Source of the DNA: an uncultured Candidatus Saccharibacteria bacterium
Lineage (GTDB): Bacteria; Patescibacteriota; UBA1384; DTJR01
DNA length: 64,000 nucleotides
Assembly (NCBI GenBank): GCA_964473025.1
Contig: CAYYMZ010000002.1
Coordinates: 3,241-67,240 of the forward strand
Direction: 5' to 3'
Shown here: positions 61,637 to 64,000 of the stretch, in pieces
How the letters are laid out: every line of letters starts with the position of its first letter
Numbering within the stretch: position 1 is the first letter of the stretch
Notes under the pieces: model-generated
Database searches by the model: none
Told to the model about the DNA's origin: nothing
The model's input: only the letters and a program-made list of their open reading frames with translations
Made by a program: the position numbers and the translations under genes

Positions 61637-62392
61637 TTATAAACCCAAAACCTTAAGATAAATTTCCAACAAATTTCCCCCAAAGAATAACCCCGTAACG
61701 GTTCCTAACGCTAAAAACGGACCAAAGGGAATTTTATTTTCCTTTTTTCTGCCATGGGCCATCAGATAGATTATACCAAACAGAGCGCCTGCAAAAAATG
61801 CGATAAAGATTGCCAGAAGCGACTGCGGAAAAGAAATGATAATCCCCATCCAAACAGCAAAAAAAATATCGCCAAAGCCCATCCATTTTTCGCGGCTTAA
61901 GACAGCAAAACAAAGTGGTAAGGCGGCGCAAACAAGAACGGATAAAAGAAGATTTTCCACTCCGGCAATATTCAAGTTACCCCAAAGACGAAAAATTAAT
62001 GCGAGAATGATACCACAAACAAAAACCGGAAGGGCAACTTCTTGCGATTCGAAGTCGTTTAATGCCGCGACAATTAGAAGCGAAAGTGACAAAAACAAAA
62101 TTATTGAAGGGGCATTCAACCCAAGTGTTAAATAAACACCTAGCGCAATCATCGCGGATACTAACTCTGTCGCGGGATATTCAATCCCGATTGGTTTGCG
62201 ACAATACCGGCAGTGCCCGGCCAACACGAGATAGCTTAAAACAGGCATCAAATCCAAACCACCAAGCAAATGTCCGCATTTGGGGCATTTGCTCCGGCTT
62301 AAAATCAGAGAGTTTATGTCATCTAAGCGATAGCTGAAAGCAGTTAAAAAAGACCCCCAAACCAAACCCAAAACAATAATTAGCGCGATCAA
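61637..62392 (-). CDS. pilD: prepilin peptidase PilD (A24 family)
   Basis: Zn-finger 'CPKCGHLL...CRYCRKPI' and a polytopic peptidase A24 domain. Confidence 0.9.
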   Translation of the reverse strand: MIALIIVLGLVWGSFLTAFSYRLDDINSLILSRSKCPKCGHLLGGLDLMPVLSYLVLAGHCRYCRKPIGIEYPATELVSAMIALGVYLTLGLNAPSIILFLSLSLLIVAALNDFESQEVALPVFVCGIILALIFRLWGNLNIAGVENLLLSVLVCAALPLCFAVLSREKWMGFGDIFFAVWMGIIISFPQSLLAIFIAFFAGALFGIIYLMAHGRKKENKIPFGPFLALGTVTGLFFGGNLLEIYLKVLGL

Positions 62393-62405
62393 GTGCCATC
62401 CTCGT

Positions 62406-62903
62406 TTAATTCCAGAAGCAACTTCCTACCGCGGCGTTCGGGTCCCCAAGGTTGCTCTTAGCATTGTTGCCAGTTACCCAGCATGCCTTGCTTCCCGCTT
62501 CGGAATTATATGATTCCGCTTGAATCTCATAATCGCCGGAGTCAAGGATTCGAACTAAAATCGGTTCGTTTTTTGCATCCTTCGGGACATTTACCAGAAG
62601 TTTTTTACCACCAGGACCATCGACTAAGTTGCTAAGTAAGGTAAAGGTCATTGGTACTCCAATCGATGGGGGAGTCCTTCCGTGGAAGGCGGCACCCGGC
62701 CCAGGACAGTCTTCGCATTTAATATAGTTATTAAGATAGATCTCGATTGCTTTCTGGGTTTCGGAAACCGAGTTTTTGGCGTTTGCATTAGACGCTTTTG
62801 CTCTCGCACCAGAAACAGCCACGAAAACTGCAACTGCCAAAATTCCAATGATAACAACAACGATCAAGAGTTCGATTAACGTAAAAGCTTTTTTTCCAAC
62901 CAT
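62406..62903 (-). CDS. pilA: type IV major pilin PilA-like
   Basis: 'KKAFTLIELLIVVVIIGILAAVAV' N-terminus; C-terminal Cys pair. Confidence 0.85.
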   Translation of the reverse strand: MVGKKAFTLIELLIVVVIIGILAVAVFVAVSGARAKASNANAKNSVSETQKAIEIYLNNYIKCEDCPGPGAAFHGRTPPSIGVPMTFTLLSNLVDGPGGKKLLVNVPKDAKNEPILVRILDSGDYEIQAESYNSEAGSKACWVTGNNAKSNLGDPNAAVGSCFWN

Positions 62904-63092
62904 GCGCCCTCCCAGGTAGTGAAAATTTGATTATTTTAATTCGCTACCGATTAATTTTTTATAAGTTTTATTGCGCCAGATATTCTTGCCTACGTCTTAT
63001 TGATAAGATATTCATATTTATCAAATTTCTACTTTCTGGCCTCCTTTTGGACATTTGTTAATTTAAATTATACTCCTTTTACAAAACTTGCG

Positions 63093-64000
63093 CTATTGAA
63101 TCGAGCTTGAAATTTGATAAATCGGAACAATGATGGCAAAAACGACCGTTCCGACTCCAAGACCGACAATTACCAGAAGAATCGGCTCCAGTAAACTGGT
63201 TATCAAAGTAATTTTTTTATTCGTCTCGTCTTCGTAGAGCTCTTCGAGCGATGCCATTACCTCGTCGAGTTTTCCCGTCTGCTCTCCGATTGCAACCATT
63301 TGCGATACAACGGCCGGAAACTCGGGTGCTTTAGACAAAGGCACGGACATCGGCACGCCTCTTTCCAGTTGGCTTGAAACGTTTTTGAGAATCGCCTCAT
63401 AAACCGGATTTCCTATAACATCCCCCACCGTTTCGATTGCCCCAATAATTGAAACACCCGCCTTAACCAACATAGATAACGTGCCGGAAAACCTGACCAT
63501 ATATAGACCGGTAAATAAATCCCTGATTACGGGAATGCTGATTAAGACACGGCCGTAAAACATTTTTCCAGCGGTACTTTGGGTGAAAAAATATCTCGCC
63601 CAAATAACGGCAAAGATGAGGACAACCAAAACAATCCAGCCGTAATTTAAGAAAAAACCCGCCGTACCAATAAGCGCCCTCGTCGCCCAAGGTAAAACCA
63701 TATTTGCATCCGAGAAAATTATCACCAATTTTGGGACAACCACAATCATCAAGACGATGGCGGCTATGATTATTACGATGATAATAAAGACGGGGTAAGC
63801 AATCGCGGCTTTAACGGAGGAAGAAAATTTGTATTCTTTTGACTCCTGCTCGGCCAAATTTTTAATTATTTCCTCAAATTTACCTGACGATTCCGCCGCT
63901 TTAATTGAAGAAATATAGACCTTGTTGAAAACCTTGGGATGCTTTGACAGGGCCAGGGAAAAAGTTTCGCCTTGTTCCAAGGCGGCAATGATATCTTTAA
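63093..64000 (-). CDS. pilC: type IV pilus assembly platform protein PilC (GspF family), N-terminus beyond window edge
   Basis: T2SSF-domain pattern with conserved TM segments. The ORF is still open at the window end. Confidence 0.85.
   Translation of the reverse strand, partial: KDIIAALEQGETFSLALSKHPKVFNKVYISSIKAAESSGKFEEIIKNLAEQESKEYKFSSSVKAAIAYPVFIIIVIIIAAIVLMIVVVPKLVIIFSDANMVLPWATRALIGTAGFFLNYGWIVLVVLIFAVIWARYFFTQSTAGKMFYGRVLISIPVIRDLFTGLYMVRFSGTLSMLVKAGVSIIGAIETVGDVIGNPVYEAILKNVSSQLERGVPMSVPLSKAPEFPAVVSQMVAIGEQTGKLDEVMASLEELYEDETNKKITLITSLLEPILLVIVGLGVGTVVFAIIVPIYQISSSIQ

Noticed and set aside
1-64000. CRISPR arrays, rRNA genes, transposases/IS elements, integrases, restriction-modification or other recognisable defence loci
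   Set aside because: No regularly spaced short direct repeats were found. No 16S/23S-like conserved stretches. No DDE or tyrosine/serine recombinase motifs in any substantial ORF. The absence is itself notable given the many tRNA-associated scars.

Overview
AT-rich (GC-poor by eye), gene-dense bacterial chromosomal segment. Gene content and style resemble a reduced-genome, CPR-like or other low-GC bacterium: a short alaS lacking the C-Ala domain, a short S1 protein, many lineage-specific secreted proteins, sortase and type IV pilus genes. Most genes lie on the minus strand and are housekeeping: ruvB, ftsE/ftsX plus a PcsB-like CHAP hydrolase, polX, secA, hpf, serS, greA, mrdA-mreDCB, mltG, ruvX, ftsA-like, alaS, nrnA, rpsA-like, secG, yifB, miaA, glmS, rsmA, pcrA, ftsH, rnhA. 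A type IV pilus cluster (pilC, pilA, pilD and five pilin-like genes) sits at the 3' end of the window. No rRNA, CRISPR array, transposase or integrase gene was seen.

The most unusual content is in the tRNA genes. Ten intact tRNAs were found: Leu-UAA, Phe, Val, Leu-GAG, Leu-CAG, Gly, Cys and three Met-CAU. Nearly every one is flanked by fragmentary tRNA copies.
- Five ORF-less, GC-rich elements of about 150-180 bp form a family. Each ends in 'GTGA' followed by a 20-22 nt copy of a neighbouring tRNA's 3' terminus, beginning at T-loop C56 and running to CCA.
- A related element at tRNA-Cys carries a small GIY-YIG nuclease gene, a 30-bp palindrome and a 19-nt copy of the tRNA 3' end.
- A mosaic of tRNA-Leu halves surrounds an intact tRNA-Leu(CAG).

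Two roughly 150-nt paralogous intergenic sequences show a covarying hairpin and are candidate structured RNAs. Two GC-rich islands look like foreign cassettes in this AT-rich background: one encodes a secreted PHP-domain protein, the other a small unknown ORF with its own promoter and terminator. Everything here is inferred by eye from sequence and ORF translations; no searches were run.
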